From: a virus
IMG/VR virus record: IMGVR_UViG_3300014501_000002
Span: 32,001 to 96,000 of that record
Strand: one strand, 5' to 3'
DNA: 64,000 nt
This document shows, piece after piece, positions 10,001 through 17,694 of the stretch. Position 1 is the stretch's first letter. Each line of letters opens with the position of its first letter. A model generated the notes under the pieces. The model saw only the letters and a program-made list of their open reading frames with translations, was not told the origin of the DNA and ran no database searches. Made by a program: the position numbers and the translations under genes.

Positions 10001-11114
10001 TCAGATGGTGCAGAGCATCGAAATTACTCCGGGCATCAAGAAGCTTCTCGTGGGTGGCGTCGGTGATAACGAGAATATATTATTCCGCGATTTGACTGTG
10101 TACACGGATGGGGTGGTAGTGTTAAACCCGTCGCCGATTAACTTGCTAACAACTTCTACATACGGTGTCCTGGCAGGTAGCACAATCACTAATTCCGGGA
10201 CAACTACCATCAATGGAGACTTAGGGTTGAGCCCGGGAAGCGCTGTCACGGGTGCTCCAGTAGTTACGGGCGCGACGAACATCGATAACCCAGCAGCGGT
10301 TCAGGCTCAGACGGATTTGGTCACGGCATACAATCAAGCCGCGGCTTTCCCAGGGGCTGTTACGATACCGACAGAATTAGGTGGGACGACTCTTCCACCC
10401 GGAGTTTATTCAAGTCTGTCTGGAACGTTCAGTATCACGACGGGGACGTTAACTCTCGATGCTGCAGGTAATCCAAACGCGTTCTGGATTTTTAAAACTG
10501 CGACTACGTTGGTGTTGGGCACGGGTACTTCGGTATCTTTGATAAATAAAGCGCAATCCCTTAACGTGTTCTGGCAAGTTGGTAGTTCCGCTACGATCGG
10601 GGTAGGCGCCGTGTTCCAAGGAACCATCCTTGCACTTACGTCTATTTCTGTAAATACCGGAGCGATACTGACTGGAAGATTGTTGGCTCAAACCGGTGCA
10701 GTGACATTGCTGGGTAACACTATCACCACGCCTAGCTCAACTGTTACCGGGCAGTACGACGCCTACTTTGTCATGGGTAGCATTATGCTCGCGCACCCAG
10801 GACAGATAGCCGTGCTCGGATTTATCGAAGGCGATTTCTCCGGAGTTGCGTATCAACCTCAAGTTGGTTTCTTACTGAACGAGATAGCGGGTTCGTTCGT
10901 GAACATGCCGCTTAAGCCTCAGTTCGATCCTCCGACAATTTACGGAGATACGATTGCGCCGACGTCATATTCTCCTAATCGGTATTATTTCGCTGCAACG
11001 GGTACACTCGCGCGCTGTCGTCACCTTCAGATTAAGGTCGATTTCGGAATTACCCCGAACGGTGACGAGCTTTATAACCTCACCATCTTTGGGCGGGTCT
11101 TCGTGGAAAATTAG
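7050..11114 (+). CDS. Tail nozzle/hub-like protein (tail tubular B/P22 gp10-like) with Trp-rich repeats and an inserted DUF3494 ice-binding-type domain
   Basis: N-terminal NVELTNRLTLQRRPG and C-terminal CRHLQIKVDFG...ELYNLTIFG resemble podoviral nozzle proteins; internal repeats and a DUF3494-like block. Confidence 0.7.
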   Translation: MPNLLEQSGAQPQKQPKFAPLFIDKAFTGIYTQRSVLHDPSDLATSRFYGGRPDALWQGSNVELTNRLTLQRRPGLSEFSTVTYPTPPDRGFSFQLLDGTIRVIIDTESTGALSVTSVATSVGGNAVYTGTFPGGVGNTYVGMKFTVSGFVGAGSDSIYTAVASTGTTITLNNPHATAETAAASMVSSGAVYWDQQNGSKTLIFAKGTGAGQTYFVAVAGILYMGDGVETFIYTPLNPNAIAYGFGLVAPVNGPTITTTESAASAVAWQAHTYFTTMGLIVDSNGNIEQLSGVNADGTNPTLRFGTSSNGQPPWNQATGGTTADGSVTWTNQGPIGTWAPKTTYQPGQAIYDPGTKCVFIQTHNFAATSGPSAPQWNPALVSTGARTSELNAGGATAARWGSLGQLNVTPTLLRSWTAGETYGTYVEPSTGNDPNVLNCATIEPTLILPPLAGQNVYLQGATTGGVTGTGATPPPWQTAIGQTTTDGQLTWTMLGSATWTALTSYTAWVSGANTFSVIEDTNGNLQVCMASGISGPTIPAAWGTTYGATTLDGSGTSQITWVCVGAAIAWAANTIWYLPLAGFVPPSKNQPYGSASVIDTQGDLEYVISSGESGSVTPAWQAIGFNTTDNTITWYNSGVAQTNSLAWTQGYSYAYSYYSRTTTDFYDTNPPPGLNLIYPAGLGQPTGSETGAISTASPATVIGGPNTGAINTVSGISSLDPAVDTIIIWRSADGGGSDNMFFLTEIPNPLPNGGQPVVWHFQDYLPDVAIGVFQGLNNLIPAPIDDENDPPPNNFLPMTYNFQRIWGASGSSVVFSGGPDVITGNANFAFNPSDTFPYLADVIRIVKTSTGQVVFLTDSIEFLAGGPLTASFYSVTLGPGIGLRSFNALDVYAGEIYFVSSDGQFRVINPSLNISNAGFPIGDQLAVLNTSKIYVAVQQAGVDNAIYVADGSTGWWRCNPHQVPGSANGPEPIWSPFANITNGCQMVQSIEITPGIKKLLVGGVGDNENILFRDLTVYTDGVVVLNPSPINLLTTSTYGVLAGSTITNSGTTTINGDLGLSPGSAVTGAPVVTGATNIDNPAAVQAQTDLVTAYNQAAAFPGAVTIPTELGGTTLPPGVYSSLSGTFSITTGTLTLDAAGNPNAFWIFKTATTLVLGTGTSVSLINKAQSLNVFWQVGSSATIGVGAVFQGTILALTSISVNTGAILTGRLLAQTGAVTLLGNTITTPSSTVTGQYDAYFVMGSIMLAHPGQIAVLGFIEGDFSGVAYQPQVGFLLNEIAGSFVNMPLKPQFDPPTIYGDTIAPTSYSPNRYYFAATGTLARCRHLQIKVDFGITPNGDELYNLTIFGRVFVEN
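7842..8962 (+). repeat. About five to six Trp-rich repeats (WxAxTxY...IxDxNGN...GxSG...PxW...GxTTxDGxxTW)
   Basis: Seen in the translation; resembles small aromatic carbohydrate-binding modules; boundaries approximate. Confidence 0.75.
10134..10735 (+). other. DUF3494 (PF11999) ice-binding-type beta-solenoid domain
   Basis: YGVLAGSTITNSGTTTINGDLGLSPG, AQTDLVTAYN, LGGTTLPPGVY, LTLDAAGNPNAFWIF, NVFWQVGSSATIG, FQGTILALTSIS, GRLLAQTGAVTL are the characteristic family motifs in order. Confidence 0.92.
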
Positions 11115-11117
11115 TCC

Positions 11118-13151
11118 ATGGCTAAAAAGAAAAGTGCGCCAAAATTCGAGTCCGCGCCGCAACAAACCGTCGCGCAAGAAGCTGGGCTGCCCGGTAATTT
11201 TCATCCGATAGATGTTCCGCCGATTATTCCCGGTCAACCTACCGGTGGGGCACCTCCTACGCCTGCAACCATGCAGCCGTATTTCAGTGGATCAATTCCC
11301 CCGGCATTCATGTTGCAGCCGGACCAGATTAATACACAGTACGGCGGCGGTAGCACTCCGTCCGCGCGACTCATGCCGGTTGGTGCGGGAGGGAATCCGC
11401 AGATCGTCGCCGCGGCACAATCAGTCGCAACGCAGATCGTCGGTTCGAGTGTTGGGCTGCAGATGCCTATCCAATACAACGTCACAACGAGCGCAGGTTT
11501 CTCGATTGTCACGTGGAAACCCGAGCCCGCAGGCTATGCACTCATGGGACCGCCGATCTTGATACCGGAGGCATTCGTTTCAAACGATCAAATACCACTC
11601 GCAAGTCAAACAGGCGCTGTCGTAACCCTGAATCCGGTCACGGCCGCAAGTCCCATTTCTATCGGTGATTTTGGATTTTTAACTTGTTACCTAAGCGGTG
11701 GCGCTATAGTTGTGTCAGTCGTGGATAATTTAGGGCAAACGTGGTTGCCTCTTTTCCCAGTCCAAACTCCCCCTGGCTCTAGCGGAACCATTTCTTTCCA
11801 AGTTTTTTATTTTCCTTTTACCAATGCGGTAGCTATCGGCGGCACGTTTACTATAACGGTCACGATGAGCGATACCTTCTCGCAGTTATTCGACGCCGAA
11901 TTTGTCAGCGTCAACGGACTTCTTGCCGTTGATCAGGTTGTGCAAGCAACCGGCTCCGCAGGAAATCCTACAGCGGGCTCCGTGACAATCACTCAAGGAG
12001 AGTGGGTGACGAGTTGGGTATGGGATAACAACGGCGCCGGAAGCGAACCACTTGTGGTTCCGCCGGGCTGGGCCGCAATCACTCCATTGGACCTCACGGT
12101 CAATGCACCGACTTCATTTGGTGGCGCGGGTATTATCGAGCCAGCTGGGACGTACACGGATGCGTGGAGCGGAATTCCAAGCCCTAATGTTTTCGGTTGG
12201 ACTGCAAGTATCGTAACGTTTGTGACAACCGGAAGTGCTGGCGGGCCGTCATCTGGAATTCCCACCTTTCGAGCCATAGAACCGTCTGATCTTCCTGGCA
12301 CGTCGGTCAATTTCGTGGTTAATAATTCGAATTCATTCATCACGGGTTCGATCGCAAATCATACGTTAACGTTGGCCTACGGCGGCACTCCGCTCCTCGT
12401 GACTCAGGGCGGCACCGGTGCAGATTTGTCCGCAACTGGTGGTGCGGGCGAAGTCGTGCAACAAACTTCACCAGGCGCGCCGTTCACAGTCGCGACACTT
12501 GCATTAAGCAGTCTCACGGGCATCCTAGCTTTGAACCAAGGCGGAACCGGATCAGACTTATCCGGAACCGGTGGCACGAATAAAGTGCTGCAGCAAAGCA
12601 CACTCGGTGGTGTGGTCACCGTCGCGCAATTAACTGTGTCACAAATCTCGGGTGCTGCGCCTCTCGCGTCCCCTACGTTCACGGGTACGGTGACGGCACC
12701 AACCCTTGCTTTAACAGGAAAAATTTCTAAGTATGATAACGTAGCTACGGTTCGAGGTGGTATCCCAGCCATCTTAGCGTCTTCTTTGCTTACAGCCCAA
12801 GCAGCGGCTATTACCGCTACGACGATTTACGCAGTTCCGGCCGCGGGAGTTGGCCTGTACCGCATCTCGTACGTCGCTACTATAACGACCGCGGGAACGA
12901 CTTCCGTTTTAGGTGGAGCGACCGGCTTTCAAGTTATATACACGAACGGTAATGGCGACACGGTGGTTAAGACAAGCAATCCCACGACACCAAACGTGTC
13001 ATCGGGTAACACAACGGGGACACAAATCTCCGGTGTGGTTCTTGCTTACGCCAAAGCTTCAACGAACTTGCAGTACGCTTTCGGTTACACGCCGGGCAGC
13101 CCAACAGCGGGCGCGTACGATTTAGCAGTTTACGTAGAATGGCTTGGGTGA
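11118..13151 (+). CDS. Tail fibre/needle-like protein
   Basis: Pro-rich N-terminus, PTFRAIEPSDLP, QGGTGxDLSxTGG repeats, APLASPTFTGT; C-domain shared with 3515..4069. Confidence 0.75.
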   Translation: MAKKKSAPKFESAPQQTVAQEAGLPGNFHPIDVPPIIPGQPTGGAPPTPATMQPYFSGSIPPAFMLQPDQINTQYGGGSTPSARLMPVGAGGNPQIVAAAQSVATQIVGSSVGLQMPIQYNVTTSAGFSIVTWKPEPAGYALMGPPILIPEAFVSNDQIPLASQTGAVVTLNPVTAASPISIGDFGFLTCYLSGGAIVVSVVDNLGQTWLPLFPVQTPPGSSGTISFQVFYFPFTNAVAIGGTFTITVTMSDTFSQLFDAEFVSVNGLLAVDQVVQATGSAGNPTAGSVTITQGEWVTSWVWDNNGAGSEPLVVPPGWAAITPLDLTVNAPTSFGGAGIIEPAGTYTDAWSGIPSPNVFGWTASIVTFVTTGSAGGPSSGIPTFRAIEPSDLPGTSVNFVVNNSNSFITGSIANHTLTLAYGGTPLLVTQGGTGADLSATGGAGEVVQQTSPGAPFTVATLALSSLTGILALNQGGTGSDLSGTGGTNKVLQQSTLGGVVTVAQLTVSQISGAAPLASPTFTGTVTAPTLALTGKISKYDNVATVRGGIPAILASSLLTAQAAAITATTIYAVPAAGVGLYRISYVATITTAGTTSVLGGATGFQVIYTNGNGDTVVKTSNPTTPNVSSGNTTGTQISGVVLAYAKASTNLQYAFGYTPGSPTAGAYDLAVYVEWLG

Positions 13152-13164
13152 TAAAATAGGACTT

Positions 13165-13740
13165 ATGACTTTTTACGCTTACCTTTATTTACGACAAAAC
13201 GGGACGCCCTATTATGTGGGTAAAGGCCGCGGTCGTCGCGCTTATAATTCATACATAGGTCATCGTCCGCCCAAAAACCGTTCTCGTATCGTCATCATGA
13301 ATCGTAGTAATGAGGCAGAGGCGTTCGTCACGGAAATAGAGTTGATTCGCAACTGGGGTAGAAAGGATTTGGGCACAGGTATTCTTTATAATCGCACGGA
13401 CGGAGGAGACGGCGCATCTGGATTCATTTCCTCTGAGGAACGAAATCAGAAAATACGAGAGTCAAAGCAAGGAAAGAATCGTCCGACATTTTCTAAAGAA
13501 TGGCGTGAAAATCTTTCCAAAGCCGCGATGGGTAATCAGCACCTTCTCGGGAAAACATGGGCGCTGTCAGCAGAAGCCCGTCGTCATCATAGCGAAGCCC
13601 TAAAAGGGAAACTAAAGACCGGAGCCGCTCTTATTGCCGCTCAGGCGAATGGGAAACTTGGCGGTGGGCATGCCCGCTGGCATTCAAGTAAGGGGATAGT
13701 AAATCCCAATTGTGAACTCTGCATGAAAGACCAAGGATAG
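13165..13740 (+). CDS. GIY-YIG homing endonuclease with NUMOD3-like motifs
   Basis: FYAYLYLRQNGTPYYVGKG, EIELI, ILYNRTDGGDG, SEExxxKI; ATG at 13165 with AGGA RBS preferred to TTG 13144. Confidence 0.8.
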   Translation: MTFYAYLYLRQNGTPYYVGKGRGRRAYNSYIGHRPPKNRSRIVIMNRSNEAEAFVTEIELIRNWGRKDLGTGILYNRTDGGDGASGFISSEERNQKIRESKQGKNRPTFSKEWRENLSKAAMGNQHLLGKTWALSAEARRHHSEALKGKLKTGAALIAAQANGKLGGGHARWHSSKGIVNPNCELCMKDQG

Positions 13741-13747
13741 AGGGAAT

Positions 13748-14158
13748 ATGATTAGCTTTGTACCAACAACGTTCGAAGACGTACCGCAGTTAGCTAGGTG
13801 GATACAAGCCGATCCCTGGCACACCATAAAGGACAGTACAGATTGGTGGATTCACGGTTACCTTACATTCAAATTGGCAGATGATAAGGGCACGGTCATC
13901 TTTGTCCGATTCGATCGCGAAAAAGATGTGCTTCGGTTGCATAGCCAGTTTGGACCGTTGTCCGAAGTTTCGGAACGTCGCGTGGCTTCTGCAATCATAC
14001 AAGGCATCCAGAATTTCATTCCATATGCGAAATTAGATGGCGCGACGGGAATTATCACGGAAAGCATATCGGTGAAATTGGTGAGTTTTTTGCAACAACA
14101 TTTGGGATTTAAACCTGTTTTGTCGACCGACGATTACGAGCTTGATTTTTCGGAGTAG
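13748..14158 (+). CDS. GNAT-like virion assembly protein (T7 gp13/P22 gp14 position)
   Basis: Size, position before ejection-like genes, C-terminal LQQHLGF typical of GNAT folds. Confidence 0.45.
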   Translation: MISFVPTTFEDVPQLARWIQADPWHTIKDSTDWWIHGYLTFKLADDKGTVIFVRFDREKDVLRLHSQFGPLSEVSERRVASAIIQGIQNFIPYAKLDGATGIITESISVKLVSFLQQHLGFKPVLSTDDYELDFSE

Positions 14159-14612
14159 ACCACTGGCAATTTTCAGGTGTGTAGTTTCCATCATTGTCTT
14201 TCCTATCTATAGTTTTGTCATTTGGGCGAACACCCATGTCATAAAGAAAGTTTTGGAAAGACCATCTCCAACGAGTGCACACTTTGATGCCCCTTCCTCC
14301 GTAATCGTGGTAACGAGGATGTTTCTTGTAGTAACAGCGTTCTCTCATGGCAAGCCAAGAATAGTACGTAGGCGATCGTTTTCCTCCTCTTTTGTGTCCA
14401 TGAGTTGAGTTTCTTATAGACGAAAGCTCTCTAGCTAGGCACCCGCAACTTCGTATTTTTCCGTTTCGCATTTTAGAACCGCAAGTTGTAATCGTAGTGC
14501 CACATTTGCAACGGCATCGCCATAGGGAGTTTCCGCCGGAATCTAAACCAGCGGCTTCTAGAACGGTTAATCGTCCGAATACTAGACCTTCGAGTTGTAA
14601 ACGGTTTGCCAT
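14109..14612 (-). CDS. HNH-type homing endonuclease, antisense to the virion operon
   Basis: FGRLTV, WRCRCKCG, YGGRGIKVC, TIDRKDNDGNYTPENCQW; ATG at 14612. Confidence 0.85.
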   Translation of the reverse strand: MANRLQLEGLVFGRLTVLEAAGLDSGGNSLWRCRCKCGTTITTCGSKMRNGKIRSCGCLARELSSIRNSTHGHKRGGKRSPTYYSWLAMRERCYYKKHPRYHDYGGRGIKVCTRWRWSFQNFLYDMGVRPNDKTIDRKDNDGNYTPENCQWSTPKNQARNRRSTKQV

Positions 14613-14618
14613 AAAGAA

Positions 14619-14648
14619 ATAGTAGCATTTCAAAGGTTTGTTTGTCAA
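14619..14648 (-). promoter_or_regulatory. Sigma70-type promoter for the antisense HNH gene
   Basis: TTGACA-18-TACTAT ending 6 nt before the ATG, consistent with a leaderless mRNA. Confidence 0.55.
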
Positions 14649-14668
14649 GGCTTTTTAGTGAGGCGAGT

Positions 14669-15418
14669 ATGAAGATTATCACGAGAGCAATCCTCGATAT
14701 GGAAACATTGGAGTGGGTATGCGAGGACTCTTATGAATATGAAGGTCTGGTTGTACAATGCTGCGGGCCAACAACGGCTGAGCAGAATATTGCTGGGCAG
14801 CAGGAGCAATTTTCTCAGCAAGTACAACAGAATTATGGTACGCTGTTTAAGCAACAGCAAGGTGTAAATCAAAACTTAAGTAACATTTTTACACCAATCG
14901 CTGAAGCTGGGCCAAACCAGAACGGTATGAGCGCCCAGCAGCTAGCTGCGGAAAACACGCAAGCTCTTGATACTACGGGAGCCAATTACGCGAACGCGGC
15001 TCGCGCCCTGAACGGACAAATAGCTGGACATGCATCGGATTCTGGGTCAACATCCGGGCCGGAGCAACAGCTTCAGGCGAACTTGGCAAGCACCGCGGCC
15101 GGGCAGTTATCAACCGAACAGTTGGGGATTACGCAGCGGAATGCCGATCTTGGACGTCAGAACTTCCAAGAAGCGACCGGTGGGTTGCAATCTTTATCAG
15201 GCGACTATAGTCCGAACGCGGCAGGTAGCGCCGCAAATACGGCAAGCAATCAAGCATTCGGTGACGCAAACACGATCGCGCAGCAAGAGGCGCAGGAAGA
15301 TCAAGCTATATCAGGCGCGGTCACCGGCGGGGTGATGGATGCGGCTACATTCGGTGCCGGGGCAATGGGTGGCGGTGGGTTTCAAGGCGGTCTTAACGCA
15401 TTAACCGGTCAAGCATAA
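14669..15418 (+). CDS. Internal virion/DNA ejection protein (small)
   Basis: Gln/Ala/Gly-rich, Gly-rich hydrophobic C-terminus; ATG 14669 with GAGG RBS. Confidence 0.55.
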   Translation: MKIITRAILDMETLEWVCEDSYEYEGLVVQCCGPTTAEQNIAGQQEQFSQQVQQNYGTLFKQQQGVNQNLSNIFTPIAEAGPNQNGMSAQQLAAENTQALDTTGANYANAARALNGQIAGHASDSGSTSGPEQQLQANLASTAAGQLSTEQLGITQRNADLGRQNFQEATGGLQSLSGDYSPNAAGSAANTASNQAFGDANTIAQQEAQEDQAISGAVTGGVMDAATFGAGAMGGGGFQGGLNALTGQA

Positions 15419-15429
15419 GGAGCAATAAA

Positions 15430-17688
15430 ATGGCATTAGTTCTTACCCCTGAACAACAGGCTAACCAGCAGCAGATGACGGCGGCAAATCAAGGTTCTGC
15501 ACCCGGCGCGGGCACGTTGGCCGGACCGGGAGGCACACCTCCAGCTGCGGCCGCTCCAGATACTGCGGCTCCCGATGCAGGACAAGGCGCCCTCGGTGCT
15601 CCGGATTCAACTCAGGAGCCCGTCAACGCGTCCAATCCAAAGTCGTTGTTCGCGCAGAAATTAGGCCGCGCTCTAGATAAACCAGAGAACTCAATTCCGC
15701 TGCAGGCGAATGGTAAGCCTCAGCCCGGCGGATGGGCGAAGTCGTTGCTCGGCGCCGCGCAAGGTGTGTTGTCCGGTCTCGGTGATGCTCCGCAAGGAAA
15801 GGCCCCAGTCGGCGGCGGAATCCTGAGTGGAATCACGGGCACGATTGCGAATCGCAATCAGCGTCTTGCTGCGCAGAAAGAGCAAGCTCAAAAGGCCCAG
15901 CACGAAAATGCCGAAGATCAACGCGCACAGGAAAAACAAGATGATGCGCATCAGAAGGCACAGCTGGATAATACCGAAGCGAATCTGCGCATGATCCACA
16001 CGCAGAATTTGAACCATCAAATCGGCGTCGTCGATCCAATGATTGCCGATGGAAACAAGACGCTCAAAATGTTGGAAGATCCCGATAGCGGACATCCTAC
16101 GCCGGTTCTCGCACGAGATGTCACGTACGCCGACCTACAGAAGGGTGTTGTCGACGGTAAGTGGAACCTGCATGATATGACGCCGTTCCCATCTGGTAAG
16201 AAGGCAATCGGCACGGACGCGAACGGTGAGCCGCAGTACGCGACTACGTACACGCTTGTGGATGCGCACGGTAAGGTCACGCCGAACGAAGATGAGATCA
16301 AGTACCTAAACGCCAATAAAGCGACCGACCAGCCCATTAAGCCGGGTCAGGAATTCGATTTCAGTTCATGGAATTCTCTGCATCAGAAGGCCGATGATAT
16401 CAAGGCTCAGACAGATGCGCGAAACAAGACGTTGATCAATAACAAATTGTCCGATGCGGACGATGCTTATAAATTAGAGAAGGTCGACTTTCCTCCGGTA
16501 TGGTCGAAGGCGCTGTCCGATCCTCGCGCGAAAGGCAAGGATGGTTTGCCTGATCCGATTAAAGCACGTAACCTGATCCTAAGCGACCCGGCATCGTTGA
16601 AGCAATTCCCGGACGTTGCAAAGCTTGTTCCCGAAGCTTACCCTGGATTCGACAAACTCGAGTCTCAGGCTCAGGAAGCAGGATTTAAGGCTACGGAAGA
16701 TGCTGCGAAGAAAGCGGCAGACAAGGCCGATGACATTCGTAATCTCATGACAGATGATATGAAAGCGAGTATTGCACAGCTTTCTCCGGATCGACAGAAG
16801 TTCCTTGGTCAGTATAACCCGGAAGAACAAGGCGCGATCGTATCTCTCGGCACGAGCCCCGGCGATGTAAACTTCCGCGATGTGTTCACACGTATGGCGA
16901 AGGGCCAGAAAGGTCTCACGCCACAAGACGCGGAAAACGCCATCAAGCAAGTTTACCCGCACTGGAGCATGGCTGCGTACGCGAACACTCAAAAGATGTA
17001 CAAGGACATCACGGGTGGCGGTCCGTTGTCCAAGCAGATCGCACAGTACAACAACGTTCTACAGCACGCATCCATCGCGCAAGATGCAATCACCGAAGCG
17101 ACCGGTCGCGCAAACAACCCGCGGTTCGTGAACACCGCTTTGAACCAACTCGAGAAACAGGGTTGGGGAGCCGAAGCCGGTAAATTGAATATCGCGCTCG
17201 GTACGGTCAAGGATGAATATGCGTTGTTGCAGTCCGGCGGATACAAACCGTCTGAACAAGAACAAGCAACTCTCGACGCAGCACTAAAGCCTACCGCTAC
17301 TGCTGGACAGATTTCCGGTGCATTGAAAGCCTTAGCCGACGTCGGAGCCGTTCGATTGAACCAGATCAACGATCAGTACAAGCGTAGCTCTGGTCGCAAC
17401 GTTCCCGGAATGTTGAATCAGGATTCGGTGGACGCCGCAAACCACCTCAACGTCAACCCGGCTACGAGAAAGGTTCTCGGACGCATGAACGTCGCGGGCG
17501 ATTTGTTCGGAAACGACGATGGACATCTAGCGTCGCAGGATTTAGAGCAGAAGAATACGCAGGCGCCTAATGCCGCAGCCGCCCCGACACAACCAGTTGC
17601 GGGAATTCCTCACAATGTCATTATCAACGGAAAGGTTGCAGGAGTCACGACAGATGGTGGTAAGACTTACAAGCCGGTCGCGCAATAA
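15430..17688 (+). CDS. Internal virion/DNA ejection protein
   Basis: 752 aa helical Ala/Gln/Lys-rich protein, AGGAG RBS, position after tail genes. Confidence 0.55.
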   Translation: MALVLTPEQQANQQQMTAANQGSAPGAGTLAGPGGTPPAAAAPDTAAPDAGQGALGAPDSTQEPVNASNPKSLFAQKLGRALDKPENSIPLQANGKPQPGGWAKSLLGAAQGVLSGLGDAPQGKAPVGGGILSGITGTIANRNQRLAAQKEQAQKAQHENAEDQRAQEKQDDAHQKAQLDNTEANLRMIHTQNLNHQIGVVDPMIADGNKTLKMLEDPDSGHPTPVLARDVTYADLQKGVVDGKWNLHDMTPFPSGKKAIGTDANGEPQYATTYTLVDAHGKVTPNEDEIKYLNANKATDQPIKPGQEFDFSSWNSLHQKADDIKAQTDARNKTLINNKLSDADDAYKLEKVDFPPVWSKALSDPRAKGKDGLPDPIKARNLILSDPASLKQFPDVAKLVPEAYPGFDKLESQAQEAGFKATEDAAKKAADKADDIRNLMTDDMKASIAQLSPDRQKFLGQYNPEEQGAIVSLGTSPGDVNFRDVFTRMAKGQKGLTPQDAENAIKQVYPHWSMAAYANTQKMYKDITGGGPLSKQIAQYNNVLQHASIAQDAITEATGRANNPRFVNTALNQLEKQGWGAEAGKLNIALGTVKDEYALLQSGGYKPSEQEQATLDAALKPTATAGQISGALKALADVGAVRLNQINDQYKRSSGRNVPGMLNQDSVDAANHLNVNPATRKVLGRMNVAGDLFGNDDGHLASQDLEQKNTQAPNAAAAPTQPVAGIPHNVIINGKVAGVTTDGGKTYKPVAQ

Positions 17689-17694
17689 TAGGAA

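Noticed and set aside
3682-13148. Diversity-generating retroelement template/variable repeat pair
   Set aside because: Differences between the two tip-domain copies are spread over all bases and often synonymous, not adenine-specific; both copies are coding; no reverse transcriptase in the window
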